A DNA stretch of 64,000 bases from Azolla caroliniana (GCA_043228905.1 JBHGNT010000018.1:10974001-11038000); one strand, 5' to 3'. Positions 12,916-24,820 are shown, numbered from the stretch's first letter. Program-made: numbers and translations. Notes: generated by a model from the letters alone, not told the origin.

Positions 12916-15900
12916 TGTTACCGCTTAGGAACATGGTCTGCGGTCAGTCCTTCGACCTAGACCTCCAAGTGGTTGTGGAACAATGAATAGGCATCTATGC
13001 GTAATGCGTAGGGGAATGTTCCTTGTAAACTATCATCGTATAAGGGAGATGGCTACAACCGACTCCTTAGCAATGGTTACACTTACGTTCTTACACGCTC
13101 AAGTATTCCAGACATACAATAGATTAGCCGTAGCTATACACAGACTTTCAGAGAAGATAGAATTCTATTATGATACGTTCCTTTACATTCCAAAATTACA
13201 CGCCCCTCTATCAGAGGTTTTCTGCCCTTTATATACGCAGGGTCTATTTAGCCGTTCACGCTTCCTGCGTGAACCGTTACATGTGTTATGATCTTATATT
13301 ATTTCTTATTCTTACGCTCTTGTCCGTCGGTTACTATTCCGGCGGACAACATCATGACGACTGCCACACAGACTCCCCAGTCCGTGACAAATGCCGTCTT
13401 TTCTTGGTCTTCGGGATGCATGCGTACCTGGTTATACCCACTGAAGCCATCTAAAAAACTGTACATCTCATGTCCCGCGACGGCGTCTAGTACGCTATCA
13501 ATGAAGGGTAACGGAAATGCGTCCGTAATGGTTACGGCGTTTAATTTTCGGTAATCTACGCATACCCATATTTTGCCGTTTTTCTTTGGAACGACCACTA
13601 TCGAGCTTAACCATGTCGCTTGTTTAACTGACCGTATGAACCCCGCCTTCAGGAGCTTGTCAATTTCTTCTTCCACGCGGGTCGCGTAGTTCGGGTTCAT
13701 GCGGTAGCGGCGATGCTGGACGGGTTTTGCGTCTGTTGCTAAATTGATCTTATGGTGATAGAACTTGGGATCTAACCCCTTCATGTTCTCGTGAGCCCAA
13801 GCGAACACATCTTTATATTTCGTGAGTAGTGCGATCATCGTGTTTCTCTGGTCCGACCTTAATTCCTTTGTGATAGAGAGAAAACGGGGTTCCAACTCCG
13901 TACCCACATTTACTTCTTCCAGGGCGGAAGCGGTGGCTCTGGGTTTGGTTCGTAAGCCTCGTCGTGGAGAATAGTGGTCGTGCCATATCCTGCCGTGGTT
14001 GCGATGACATCGATTTCGAACAACGGAATGATCCGTGGGTGCTCATCTAGATATGCCTCTAATTCTGCATCCTCCACCCCAGCCAACATATTTATATCTT
14101 CTCTGTATAATGGTGTTATACCCTTGGGTTGTGGCGTGCTTCCTTCCGTAGGTACGCGAACCTTGGTGCGTCGGTGTCGGAAATTGATACACTTGTGTTG
14201 CCAACTCTGCTTGATATTTGTTGCCCGAAGCCATGGTCTGCCCAGAAGCACTGGGTACGCCCTTGGGGTGTCCAAGGCGAGGACGATAGCCGAGAAGTCG
14301 AAGCGATGTCCGCCCACGATAATGCCTATTTTGCGAATTAACCCCAATGGTCGTACTGAGCGGGTATCTACCAGTCAGAGCCAGAATGGGCAAGCCTACC
14401 ATTCTGAAATGCCTAACTGCTCGCAAGTTTTCGCGCTAATTACATTGACGCCTGAGCCGCCATCGATTATGCATCCAGGAATTTCCTGTCCATGTAATAT
14501 TAATGTAATAGCCGGGTTGTGCTGATCCACTACCGACGGTCCGTTGCTAATGTCTGTTAGGTTTGTAGCGACGCTAACCCCGGGTATGCCTGTCACCCGT
14601 TCTTCCATGGTCTGGGGGAAGCGTGGAACTAGCTGCAGCAGTTTCTACATGGTTAACGTTATCTCACAGCCTGCTAATGCTTGCCAAATGGGGTCCGGGA
14701 CCTGTCCTTCGTCCTCTCCTCGCTCCCTCGCGTTCGCGGACTCCTTCCGCATGCGCTCTATATTGGTCGCATTTGCTTTTTCCACCTATGCCTGGGCTTG
14801 TCATCGTGGATTCGCATATTGCACTCCACTCCGGAATGCCCCGAGTTCAAGCAAATCGTGCACTGGATTGCTTGACGAAACAGGCGTTCCTCGTACTGGG
14901 GTAACGCTTGTCGTAAGGAGGACATAGAAAACCTTTCCTCCTCGTCGTCCAACTCGAGCTGTAACGCTCGTTCAATGACCATATCCGTTGTTTTCCCTTT
15001 TCATGCTATTGTTGTAGAGCGTTGCCTGGATGGGTCGGCGTAATGCTGCCAGAAATGTTTCTCGAGCCTCGTCCTCCGTGGGGCTCCGTTCTAGTTTCCG
15101 CCATAGATTTTGGAAACATAAGCTGAAATCTGCGATCGTCTCGGTCGACAATTGCTTAATCGTGTAGAACTGTCCAAGGATTTCGCGATGTGGAACCCTC
15201 CGATGGAAGAACCGCAAGAAAACAGACTGCAGCTGATCGAAGGTTGTGATTGCTGGTAAATCCATCTGGGAATACCAAAACGCCGCTTGCCCATCCTATG
15301 TTAACCCGAACTCTGTGATTTTCGACTGGTGCGCTACCGCCTCCGAAAGGCTCTACGCCATGTGGTTCGCATTCCAGACATTAAGGAACATGCGAATATT
15401 GGTTGCGGCGTCGGTTTCATCGTTAAAGCGGGGGTAGGCAAAGGCCATGCTGGGGGCTACGACAGGTCAGGAAAGACCACAGGGTGGCTGTGGTGAGCGT
15501 ACTCCCCGCGTCTCGTCTAGGTATTTGGATAGCGAAGACTCACCTTTGTAATCACGGTAGGTAGTACTGAGGTTGCTGAGGCGAGGCTTTTGCCGTGCGC
15601 GTTCTTCTGCCTGGCGTGTGACGAACCTTATTATTGGCCGGTCTTGTCGTGTTGGTTCTCTGGGGCGTCTGCGGCTAAACATCCATTCGTCGTTGCTCGT
15701 CTGTGAGAAGACACAAATCACGAAGCGTGCCAAAAGTGTTACCGCTTCGGAACACGGTCTGTGGTCAGTCCTTCGACCTAGACCTCCAAGTGGTTGTGGA
15801 ACAACGAACAAGCATCTATGCGTAATGCGTAGGGGAATGGTCCCTGTAACCTATCAGCGTATAAGGGAGACGACTACAACCGACTCCTTAGCAATGGTTA

Positions 15901-16172
15901 CACTTACGTTCTTACACGCTCAGGTATTCCAGACATACAATAGATTAGCCGTAGCTATACACAGACTTTCAGAGAAGATAGAATTCTATTATGATACGTT
16001 CCTTTACATTCCAAAATTACACGCCCCTCTATCAGAGGTTTTCTTCCCTTTATATACGCAGGGTCTATTTAGCCGTTCACGCTTCCTGCGTGAACCGTTA
16101 CATGCGTTATGATCTTATATTATTTCTTATTCCTACGCTCTTGTCCGTCGGTTACTATTCCAGCGGACAACA
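12916..16172 (-). mobile_element. Athila-like gypsy family E copy 1: LTR-PBS-gag-PR-partial RT-LTR (internally deleted)
   Basis: LTRs 12916-13351 and 15737-16172 (TGTT..AACA); TSD aaccg/caccg; knuckle CTICLNSGHSGVEC; PR IIDGGSGVN; RT VVVPKKNGK..CVDYRKLN..SFLDGFSGYNQ. Confidence 0.92.
15718..15732 (-). promoter_or_regulatory. Primer binding site of E1 (TGGCACGC.., tRNA-Arg-like)
   Basis: TGGCACGCTTCGTGA begins 4 nt inside the 5' LTR end, upstream of gag; tRNA identity is from memory. Confidence 0.7.
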
Positions 16173-19100
16173 CACCGCAGGACGTGGGCCACATTAGAGA
16201 AGCTAAAGGGGAAGTACTGGTGGTCGGGACTATACCGGGACGTGCATCGGTTCGTGAGGACTTCCAGTGGATGGTGGATCTGGTGACGATGTCGATGGGG
16301 GTAGGGCAGATGTGGTATCTGGTGCTGGCTCGGGAGGACCTGACGAACCAGGTGGAAGGCCGAGCGTTGCAGAACAAAACGACCGCGACCATGTGCCGAT
16401 TTCTAATCGAAGAATTGGTATGCCGGTACGGGTGTGTAGGTAAGATTGTGGCCGACCGCGGAGAATTGGACGCGCAAGAGGTGGAAGAGTTGTTTGACCG
16501 GCTAGGGATTAAACTCTCGCTCACCACAACGTACAATCCGGAGGCTAACAAGAAGGTGGAACACGGACACGGGCCGATCGTCAAAGCATTAGTACAGGTG
16601 TGTGGAGGCCAAGTCGGGAACTGGCCGCGGCTCTTACCCTATGCGTTGTGGGCGGACCGAAGTATGCACAATTCGGTAACCGGGTTCATGCCGGCAGAGC
16701 TAATGTACGGGTAGAAGCCGATCATGCCAACCGAGCAAACAATCTCCTCATGGGCCACGGTGGACTGGAAAGATAAGATGAGCCAGGAGGAGCTGTTAGT
16801 GGCACGGATTCGGCAGCTGGATGGAAGACCGGAGGACGTGGACCGAGCCGTGGAGAAGCTACGGGTGGCAAAGGTAAAGAACAAAGGACGGTTCGACTGA
16901 GACCGAAGAAGATCGAGGAAGGCGACTAGGCTCTAGTGTATGACAACAGCCTCGACAACCAGCACAGGGCAACGCGGAAGTTTGCAAGAAGTTGGTTCGG
17001 GCCTTATGTGGTGACAAGCGCCAACGATAATGGGACCTACCATCTCGCGGAGCTCGAGGGACAAGGATGGCGGTACTGATGGCGGGGAAAAGGATCAAAG
17101 CATTCAAAAAGCGCCATGAGGCTGAACTAGACCCGGACGACTTGGATGACAACAACGACCGGCTCGAAACGGATGTCAATCCGAAAGACAAAGGATAAGC
17201 GTGGGCCGGTCTTCCCCGGCAGGAGTCTAATTTTGGCACATACCGGTGGATGCGTGGTTAGGGGGGGTCGGATGTCGTGGAGAAAACCGTCCCTAGGCGG
17301 AAACCGGGTATAACGTGCGTAAACCGGCCCTTACACGTGGGCACAAGTTTTGTTGTATAGTACGTAGATAGGTACAAGTCGGCTGAGGTGAAATCCTAGG
17401 TAGCACGCATTCATTAGGGAGAAAATCGAAGCGTATCCCTATCCGAAAGGACAGGGAATGAACATGATGTAACGGGTGATAACGACCTCCCTCCTTGGGC
17501 TATAAAAGAGAGGGAGAGGTATTGTAAAAGGGGGAAAAAAAATGCGTTTTGTGGAGGACGAAGTGCTGCTAGACTGGAACCGAGCTCTTCTCCTCTGTAG
17601 TCCCCATAGTCGTTCTGTGCAGGTTTTCATCAGGCCGACTCTGCTCCGTGGAATGCCCGAGTGCTTCCGATAGAGTCTCCATCTCGCGTTCTGTGTGTGT
17701 GTGTGTGTGTGTAGGCGTCGGAGCCTATCACTCGCCGGCTTGCCGGTTGTAACTCCTTGATCGATATATATACATATACATTCGTTCTGTCTCCATTGTT
17801 CAGAGTTAGTTGCCGTACATCGGACTCCTTTCCAATGGAGTGCAACGGAGGATAAGGCCTATGAGGCACTTAAGATAATGCTCACACAGGCTCTCGTCGT
17901 ACAACCACCAGTTTGGGCAAAGCCATTCCACGTGTTCGTCAACGCCTCGGACACAACAATAGGAAGCGCACTAATGCAGCTCACCGAACCAAACTGGTAC
18001 AGGCCAGTATACTACACGAGTCGTAAATTGTCAGCAACAGAGCGTAACTATTCCACAACTGAGCGGGAGGCACTAGGGATGATATATAGCATCAATAAAT
18101 TCTGACACTATTTATTAGGAAGGAAATTCACGTTCCACGTGGATCATTCGACATTATTGTATTTGGTAGAGAAACAAGCCTTGACAGGGAAATTGGCGCG
18201 GTGGATGTTGCTGCTCCAGGAATTCGATTTCGTAATTCAGCACCGACCAGGAATGCAACACGCAGTGGCGGATTTTTTGAGCAGAATCGAGAATGGAGAA
18301 ATAGTACAGAAAGACGACGACGATTTTCCGGACGCCGACATCTTGCGAGTAGCGACATTTGCAGAAAAAACGGAATCCACCGTTCCGGACCGATGGCTTA
18401 TGGAAATGGCGTACTTTTTAACTACATGACTGCCTCCACCACAATTACGCACGGACGAGAAGAAACGACTAGCTGTCCGAAGCCGTCACTTTTGCCTCGT
18501 CGAAGGCATTTTATATCATAAAGGAAGTGACGGCATTTGGCGACGTCGGGTACGGGAGGCACACTGCGGCACAGCAGGCGGCCATTATGCGGGCGACGTG
18601 ACAGCCCGGAAAGTATGGCAGGCGGGCTTATGGTGGCCAACAACGCAAAAGGACGCATGTATTGTAGAAAGTGTGATTTGTGTCAGCGGATGGGTCAGCC
18701 CGCGGAGGACGCAAGGATGCCACACTAGCCCGTATTACCGCTAGACCCCTTCCAAAAGTGGGGATTGGATTTTGTAGGGCCCTTCACACCAGCGGCGGCC
18801 CCTACGGGCAACAAATACATTTGGTTGCCACGGATTACTGCACTAAATGGGTAGAAGCAAAGGCACTACGTGAAAATACTTTGGCCGTCACAGCCAAATT
18901 CCTTTACGAGCACATCTGGTGCCTGTTCGGCTGTCCGATTGAGCTCATCAGTGACCAAGGGAGTCACTTTCTCAATACGGTGGTTCGGGAACTAACAGAT
19001 CATTACGCCGTAGTCCACAAGAAGAGCACGCCATATTATCCACAAGCGAATGGATTAGCAGAATCCACGAACAAGACATTACAGACCATTTTGAAGAAAA

Positions 19101-21984
19101 CCGTCAATGAAAATGGAACGGACTGGGATACCAAACTACAGAGTGCGTTATGGGCGTACAGAACTAGTTACAAAACAAGCATACAGTCAACACCGTTCTG
19201 ACTAGCGTTTGGATTGGAGGTTGTGATGCCGGTCGAATTTCAGGTACCGAGTTTGCGCATTCAGGTACAGAACCGATTATCAAAAGCCAAGTCGGAGGAG
19301 GTACGGCTCTACTAGGTCCTCGAACTAGGGGAAAAACGCGTCCACAACATGGCTGTGTTGGAACAGGAACAACGACGGCATAAAGTGTTTGTGGATCGAC
19401 ATCGGAACGCAAGGGAAAAGGAGTTCGCTGTGGGCCGAGCAGTGCTAGTTTTTCAAACGCGCATGGGCCATATGCTGGTGAAGTTACGTTTCCGCTAGAC
19501 CGGCCCATACTGGATAATTGGAGCGGAACAAGGCACGTTCCAACTAGGAACGCTAGCTGGGGAAGAATTACGACAAAAGGTGAATGGATTTCGGCTCAAA
19601 CCTTACCTGGGCCCTACGCCACCTAACCCATTCACCCCCGAATGGGACAAAGCCGGGGAATCCTCAGCGTAAAATGGACAGCCCCATTTGTACTATAATG
19701 TAAAAATAGGTGGTAAATAACCGTTACAAAAAATAATAAAAGAAGAAGAAAAAGAAGAAGATAGTGACTATTAAAACGACTAAAGGCATGCACAAACTCC
19801 TAGTTCAAGAACACGCGGCACCACGATGGCTCATCGCCCATTGAACCCTAAGCCACAAAAAGAAGGAAACAGAAGATTTTCTGCACAAAGCAGAAACCCG
19901 TCTTCTAGCTATCATCGCTCCCATCGCTCCTCCTCCTCACCTTCTTCCCCATCCTATCTCAGAGCTCCAACTCACCACAACCAACCGTCTCCTCCCCACG
20001 AACCTACTCTGGCGATGCCGATCTTTATCTCTACTGCCCTACGCCGATGGCTCGTGGAGAAACGCCTAGATGGTTACATCCGGGTCGCATAAGCACCTCC
20101 GCACCTGGACGCCATGGACATCGCCAACAGGCTTAACATCGACACGGTCACCAACTCTTCCATCCGGAAGAAGTTGGACCTATCCTCACTAGGAGAAAGA
20201 CATTTTGAAATACCTCCTGCAGAGGTGCTGCAGCGGTATTTTGGGCCATATTCCTCCTCCGCCAAGGCCTATAGAACAAAACAAATTCCGGATCCTTTCT
20301 TCCGTGAAGTTGCCAAGTTCCTGCTAGAAGTCGGTTGCGTACATGTCAACACATATGGGATGCCTAAGCAGAAAGTAGGCATCATCATCGATACCTTTGA
20401 AGGGCATGCCGTTGACTGGGGGGTTATCACAGAGCCAACGTTAAGGGAAGGCTTGCATGCGTACCAAGCAGGCAAAAAGCTCAGGCCGATCATCGAACAA
20501 TAACTTACGGTACTATTTCCACCCCGAGGCCTGCTAGCACCGCGACCCAGCTAACCCACGACCCCGCCCCGATCCGCAAAACGTAGGTTAGCAGAGTTAT
20601 CGGCCCCAGAGTGGGAAGAAGAACCCCAACCGGCCCAGCCAGACCCAAGGACAACACCTCCTACCGACCAGCCGGACACACGGATAACGCAGGAGGAACA
20701 ACCGAGACGCTCCAGGGAAGCAGCCCTAGAACCAGACATCGAAACACGACGGGAAAGCCCCAGACCAAAACGACGCAGATTGGACAAGAAAGATGGGCGG
20801 GGGTTGGTAAAAAACGCCCCCACCGCAATAGAGACACCGACCGAAGGCGAAGGTGCCGCAACAGTGGAACCGAATACCACCTTCGAAATCATCTAGGAGC
20901 CACGACCGATTATTACGACTCAGTCCCAACGAGGGAAAGCCGTATTGACGGCGGAAAGTGAGGTTTTGGCATATCCGGATATCCCGGATACGGCCGACGA
21001 GTTCAACGCCCTCTTACAGTTCGGTACTTCTTTTGATCTCATGGAGTTCTTGGCAACACAACAGGTCAAAGCCGCCCAACGAATGGCCGAGGAGCATGCG
21101 GAACGCTAGATGATCTAGGGCGCCCTAACATAAACAACGGAGAGCGACAATGAGGACCGGCTAGCCAGGGTCGGCAGATAGAGGAATGTCGAGGTACGGC
21201 GAGTGGGGATGGAGATACCACCCTTAAACACGGCCCTAGTCGAAGTCCATCGGGAACTAGCAAAGGTCAGCACGGGCGTCAAGGAGATGGCCATAAAAAA
21301 TTAGAATGTCTGGAAGTAGGTTAAACTGACCAAAGCCGAACTGCAAAAGGCCAACGCACGCATCGCCGAGTTGGAAGCTCACACGACTACGGCGGAACAC
21401 GCAACCCCGCCACCGAACCATGTCATCGACGCTCTAAAAGAACAAATCGAAGCTCAGATCGCCATCGCCTCAAAAGCAAAAAGGGTCGTGCAGTTAGCAG
21501 AATCCGAAATTGACTGTCTTCGCGCAGAACTACACCAATCCTCAGACAGAGAAAAGGAGATATGGGCTAATGGACGAAAGGCAGTAAAAACTCTTGAAGA
21601 AAAACTAGCTACGGAGGTAGCTCAACACATCCAGACAAAGGACGACAACGCACAATTACGAGAGGACTCGAAAAAATCGGAGGCGGCAATAGCAAGACTT
21701 CGGGCCTTATTAGAAAAAAAGAAGGTATGGTTCGATGAGCAGTCGGTGGTCGAACAAGACAGAAGGCATCAGCTCGAAATCCGCCTAAACAACGAGATGG
21801 GGAAATTAGAAGAACAACATGCAAAGGAATCCCAGCTGTGGGCGGGCCTGAAGGCCACGTATGAGGAAGCGACAGCCGTTAAACAATAGGAAATCGCAAA
21901 TCTCCAGAAGTCGATGGAAGACGCTGTCGTGAAGAATGTGCTTCACGATATAAAAATGAGCTTAAATGTTGTATTTAATAATAT

Positions 21985-22172
21985 TTGAGAGACTTGAACC
22001 CACATCCTTATATACGATGTACAATGTACATACCACTAGGCTAGGCTATTTATTTGTAAAAGTGTATAATAAATGTGCTACATGATATAAGAATGAAGCT
22101 ATATATTGTATTGAGGGACTTGAACCCTCAACCTTGTATACCAAGCACCAAGCATACACCACTAAGCTGGGT
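21985..22172 (-). promoter_or_regulatory. Two tandem tRNA-like A/B-box modules in solo LTR
   Basis: Minus strand TAGCCTAGTGG..GGTTCAAGTC (22043/22000) and CAGCTTAGTGG..GGTTCAAGTCC (22169/22126); 43-nt spacing. Confidence 0.7.
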
Positions 22173-22423
22173 TAGTTATTTTAGAATGCATTTTCATCAT
22201 TATACTTATCCCATATCTATTTTCATACATAGCCATCATTCATCACATGCAATGCATGTGCGCCAAATGGCGATCATGCATTACATGCAACTCATGCATT
22301 GCATGCATGCCATGCTCCCATACATTACCATATGCATGGCAACACTTATATAAAGAGGAGAAAGGGAAAACAAGGTAAGGAATCAAGAGAGAGTGAGAAA
22401 ATAATACAATCAATTAAAGAAGA

Positions 22424-22487
22424 CTAGCTCATTGGGTGGAGAACCTCTCGTTTCGAAGTTGAGATCGTGGGTTCAAATCAAGGGTCG
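22424..22487 (+). promoter_or_regulatory. tRNA-like A/B-box module downstream of LTR TATA
   Basis: TAGCTCATTGG at 22425 and GGTTCAAATC at 22470. Confidence 0.7.
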
Positions 22488-23724
22488 ATAGAGAATGTGT
22501 TCAGTTTGCGATCGAGGATTGTAAAGTTGGTAAAATATTATATTTTTAATATACATCATGTTTATATCATATACTCTTGTTCCTTGAATCATACTTTGTC
22601 TCAATCTTCTTTCTTGAAGCATACATTGTCTCTATCTTTTATCTATGCTCATCTCTCTCTCTCGCACACACACACACATTACTCGTAACTCTTCTTCTTA
22701 CTATCCTTAACCACTCTATCATCACCATCCAAGCCTTATTAAAAGTTAAGTTTCTTCAACTCCCCTTAACCTTAGTCCCCGCGACTTCGCCGCACGAACC
22801 ACAACTACCCCGACAACGCACGCATCTGTTGCCATGCCATCACAGATAACGTGCGGATCCTTCTCCAAACAAATCGGGAGAGGTTCACAGCGCAATTGAA
22901 AATGACGTTGGACAAAGGATGGATGACATGGGCAACCCAAGCAGCGGAATTGCACACGTATCGTGCGGACTGGGAGAACCGGCGAAAAGACGGTCGAGGT
23001 TTCTATAAACTAAATGAGGAGGGCATTGCGACCGTACGGGAGGACCTAGCGCAAGACTATCGTGCGCTAGCAGACCAACACTCCGAAGAACTCGCACAGC
23101 TCTTAGATGATTTTGGTGAAAGTCAGGAGGAGCTATTTCACCAAATCACGCAGGCCGACAACATGCGCACAAACGAGGAATCCAACGCGTCACCAATTCC
23201 GGCCCCAACCGAAGAAGAGGAACCTCAGGCCCGATCACCAGAGATGATAACGAGGGAGAATAGTGGGGACCGACGAGCGGAGTTCCCCACGGGACCAGAC
23301 AGCGAAACCACTACCCCACAAGAGGTCCAGCCGCAGGAGCCCACACTATCATCAAACCACGCGGAGAACGGTGCGGACCAGGCGGAATCTCCGCCCCACT
23401 CCCAGGAATATAGAAAAACGGCCAACACCACGGAGGACGTAACAATGGAGGCAGAGTCGCAGCCGACTGCAAGCACGACAACGGCGGAGCCCAACCCACT
23501 AACTCAAGAAGAGCCCATCGTACCCGGACCACCCACACACGGCGACGACAACTCCGGGAGAAACCAACCCGCCCAAACAGAGGAGCCACACCACAATGCA
23601 CCTACAGGCCCTACATCACCTCCGGACGAGGACACCACAGCAGAGCCGAACATCCGGGCCATTTTGGAAGAAGATTAAGGGATGGGTCCGACGTGCAAAG
23701 GCACTGTCCCATAGGCGTGCCAAG

Positions 23725-24165
23725 TGTTGTCCGCCAGAATAGTAACAGACGGACAAAAGCGTAGGAATAAGAAATTATATAAGAGCATAACGCATGTAAC
23801 GGTTCACGTAGGAAGCGTTAACGGCTAATTAGACCCTGCATATATAAAGGGCAGAAAAACCTCTGATAGAGGTGCGTGTAATTTTGGGGAATGTAAAGAA
23901 ACGCCTTATAATAGAATACTATCTTCTCTGATTTTCTGTGTATAGCTACAACTAGTTCAGAGTGGGTGTCTTGATTACTTAAGCGTTGTAGTACGTAAGT
24001 GTAACCCTGAATAGGGATTCGGTTGTAGCCGTCTTCCCTTATACGTTGATAGGTTACAGGGGTTCTACCCTTACGCAATACGCTTATACACTTGTTCGTT
24101 GTTCCACACCCACTTGAGGTCTAGGTCAAAGGACTGACCGCGGACCGTGTTCCTAAACGGCAACA
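23725..24165 (+). repeat. 3' LTR of E2
   Basis: TGTTG..CAACA, TATATAA near 23841, homologous to E1 LTRs. Confidence 0.9.
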
Positions 24166-24752
24166 CATTTCTCTTCAGAAGCTCCCCCAACAGTCGTTGA
24201 TTTTCTTGTTCCAATGCGAGAAACTTCTCTTTCAAGCATTGCAACTCCGAAAAAACGGATTGATATTCTTGAGCGCTAACAGTGGCCATAGTATGAGAGA
24301 AAAGAGGAATAAGAGATTAGTATGAAGGGAGGGAGAAGTAAGAAGATAAAAGAAAAGAAGGAAGGAGACCATAATCGGTTTAAACTATCAGGAGCAGTAC
24401 TAAGATAGAGAAGTACTGTCAGGAACAGTACTAAGATAGAGAAGGAATTAGTACTAAAAGATGAGGATTAGTACTAAGGGAGGTGTAGAACTCTCGAGAG
24501 AAGGAAAGAGTGAGTGAGAGAGAGAGAATGATGATAACAAAAGATATGTATTATGTTAAGAGAATACACAATAGTAGCTAGGAGGCTTAAGACTGGCGTT
24601 GAACCGATTTGGTTCAAAATAATGCCTTGTGCCTCCTTTTATAGTGTTCTCAGGAGTACTCCTGAAGTTTCTAGAATGTTCTAGAGAAATCTAGAATATA
24701 CATCAATTTTCTATAGTAAAACTTAAATGAAAACAATATCCTTCGTATTACA
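24166..24752 (-). mobile_element. 5' remnant of another LTR element (short LTR, degenerate PBS, gag start)
   Basis: TGTA..TACA at 24547-24752 with minus-strand TATAAAA; TGTTATCA PBS-like near 24531-24539; coiled-coil ORF MATVSAQEYQ.. cut by the E2 LTR. Confidence 0.5.
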
Positions 24753-24756
24753 ACAT

Positions 24757-24820
24757 ATAGTTTAATGGTCAAAAGCTCGACCTATGTAACATAAGGTCAT
24801 GGGTTCGAGTCTTGCCATAT
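24757..24820 (+). promoter_or_regulatory. Orphan tRNA-like A/B-box module
   Basis: TAGTTTAATGG at 24758 and GGTTCGAGTC at 24802. Confidence 0.6.

Larger units (their letters stand above)
9767..17810 (+). mobile_element. Ty3/gypsy family C copy 2 (gag end, PR, RT, RH, INT, PPT, truncated 3' LTR), interrupted by E1
   Basis: PR ALVDHGSEIN; RT 10697-11941 with LPQG and FLDD; RH; INT split at WAGH|RGTW by E1; PPT 17256-17272; LTR starts TGTCGT at 17273. Confidence 0.92.
21925..22815 (+). mobile_element. Solo LTR related to gypsy family C
   Basis: TGTCGT..CCGACA; 4-bp TSD ACGC (21921-24 and 22816-19); TATA near 22347; same layout as LTR at 46270. Confidence 0.85.
20015..23678 (+). pseudogene. Extra (env-position) ORF of family E, about 920 codons once the solo LTR is removed
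   Basis: ORF pieces 19826/20114/21371 share one frame; excising 21925-22819 joins MEDA|RICCHAITDNVRILLQ in frame with 22851-23678; several premature stops. Confidence 0.75.
17811..24165 (+). mobile_element. Athila-like gypsy family E copy 2, 3' half: RH, INT, extra ORF, 3' LTR
   Basis: RH ..YYTSRKLSATERNYSTTEREALG; INT VATDYCTKWVEAKAL, SDQGSHF, YYPQANGLAE; LTR 23725-24165 is homologous to the E1 LTRs in the element-sense orientation. Confidence 0.9.

Noticed and set aside
15850-16040. Hammerhead ribozyme (retrozyme) in family-E LTR
   Set aside because: CTGATAG is present but the CUGANGA..GAAA core with flanking helices was not found
21985-22487. Functional tRNA genes
   Set aside because: A/B boxes present but acceptor and anticodon stems do not pair convincingly; embedded in LTRs
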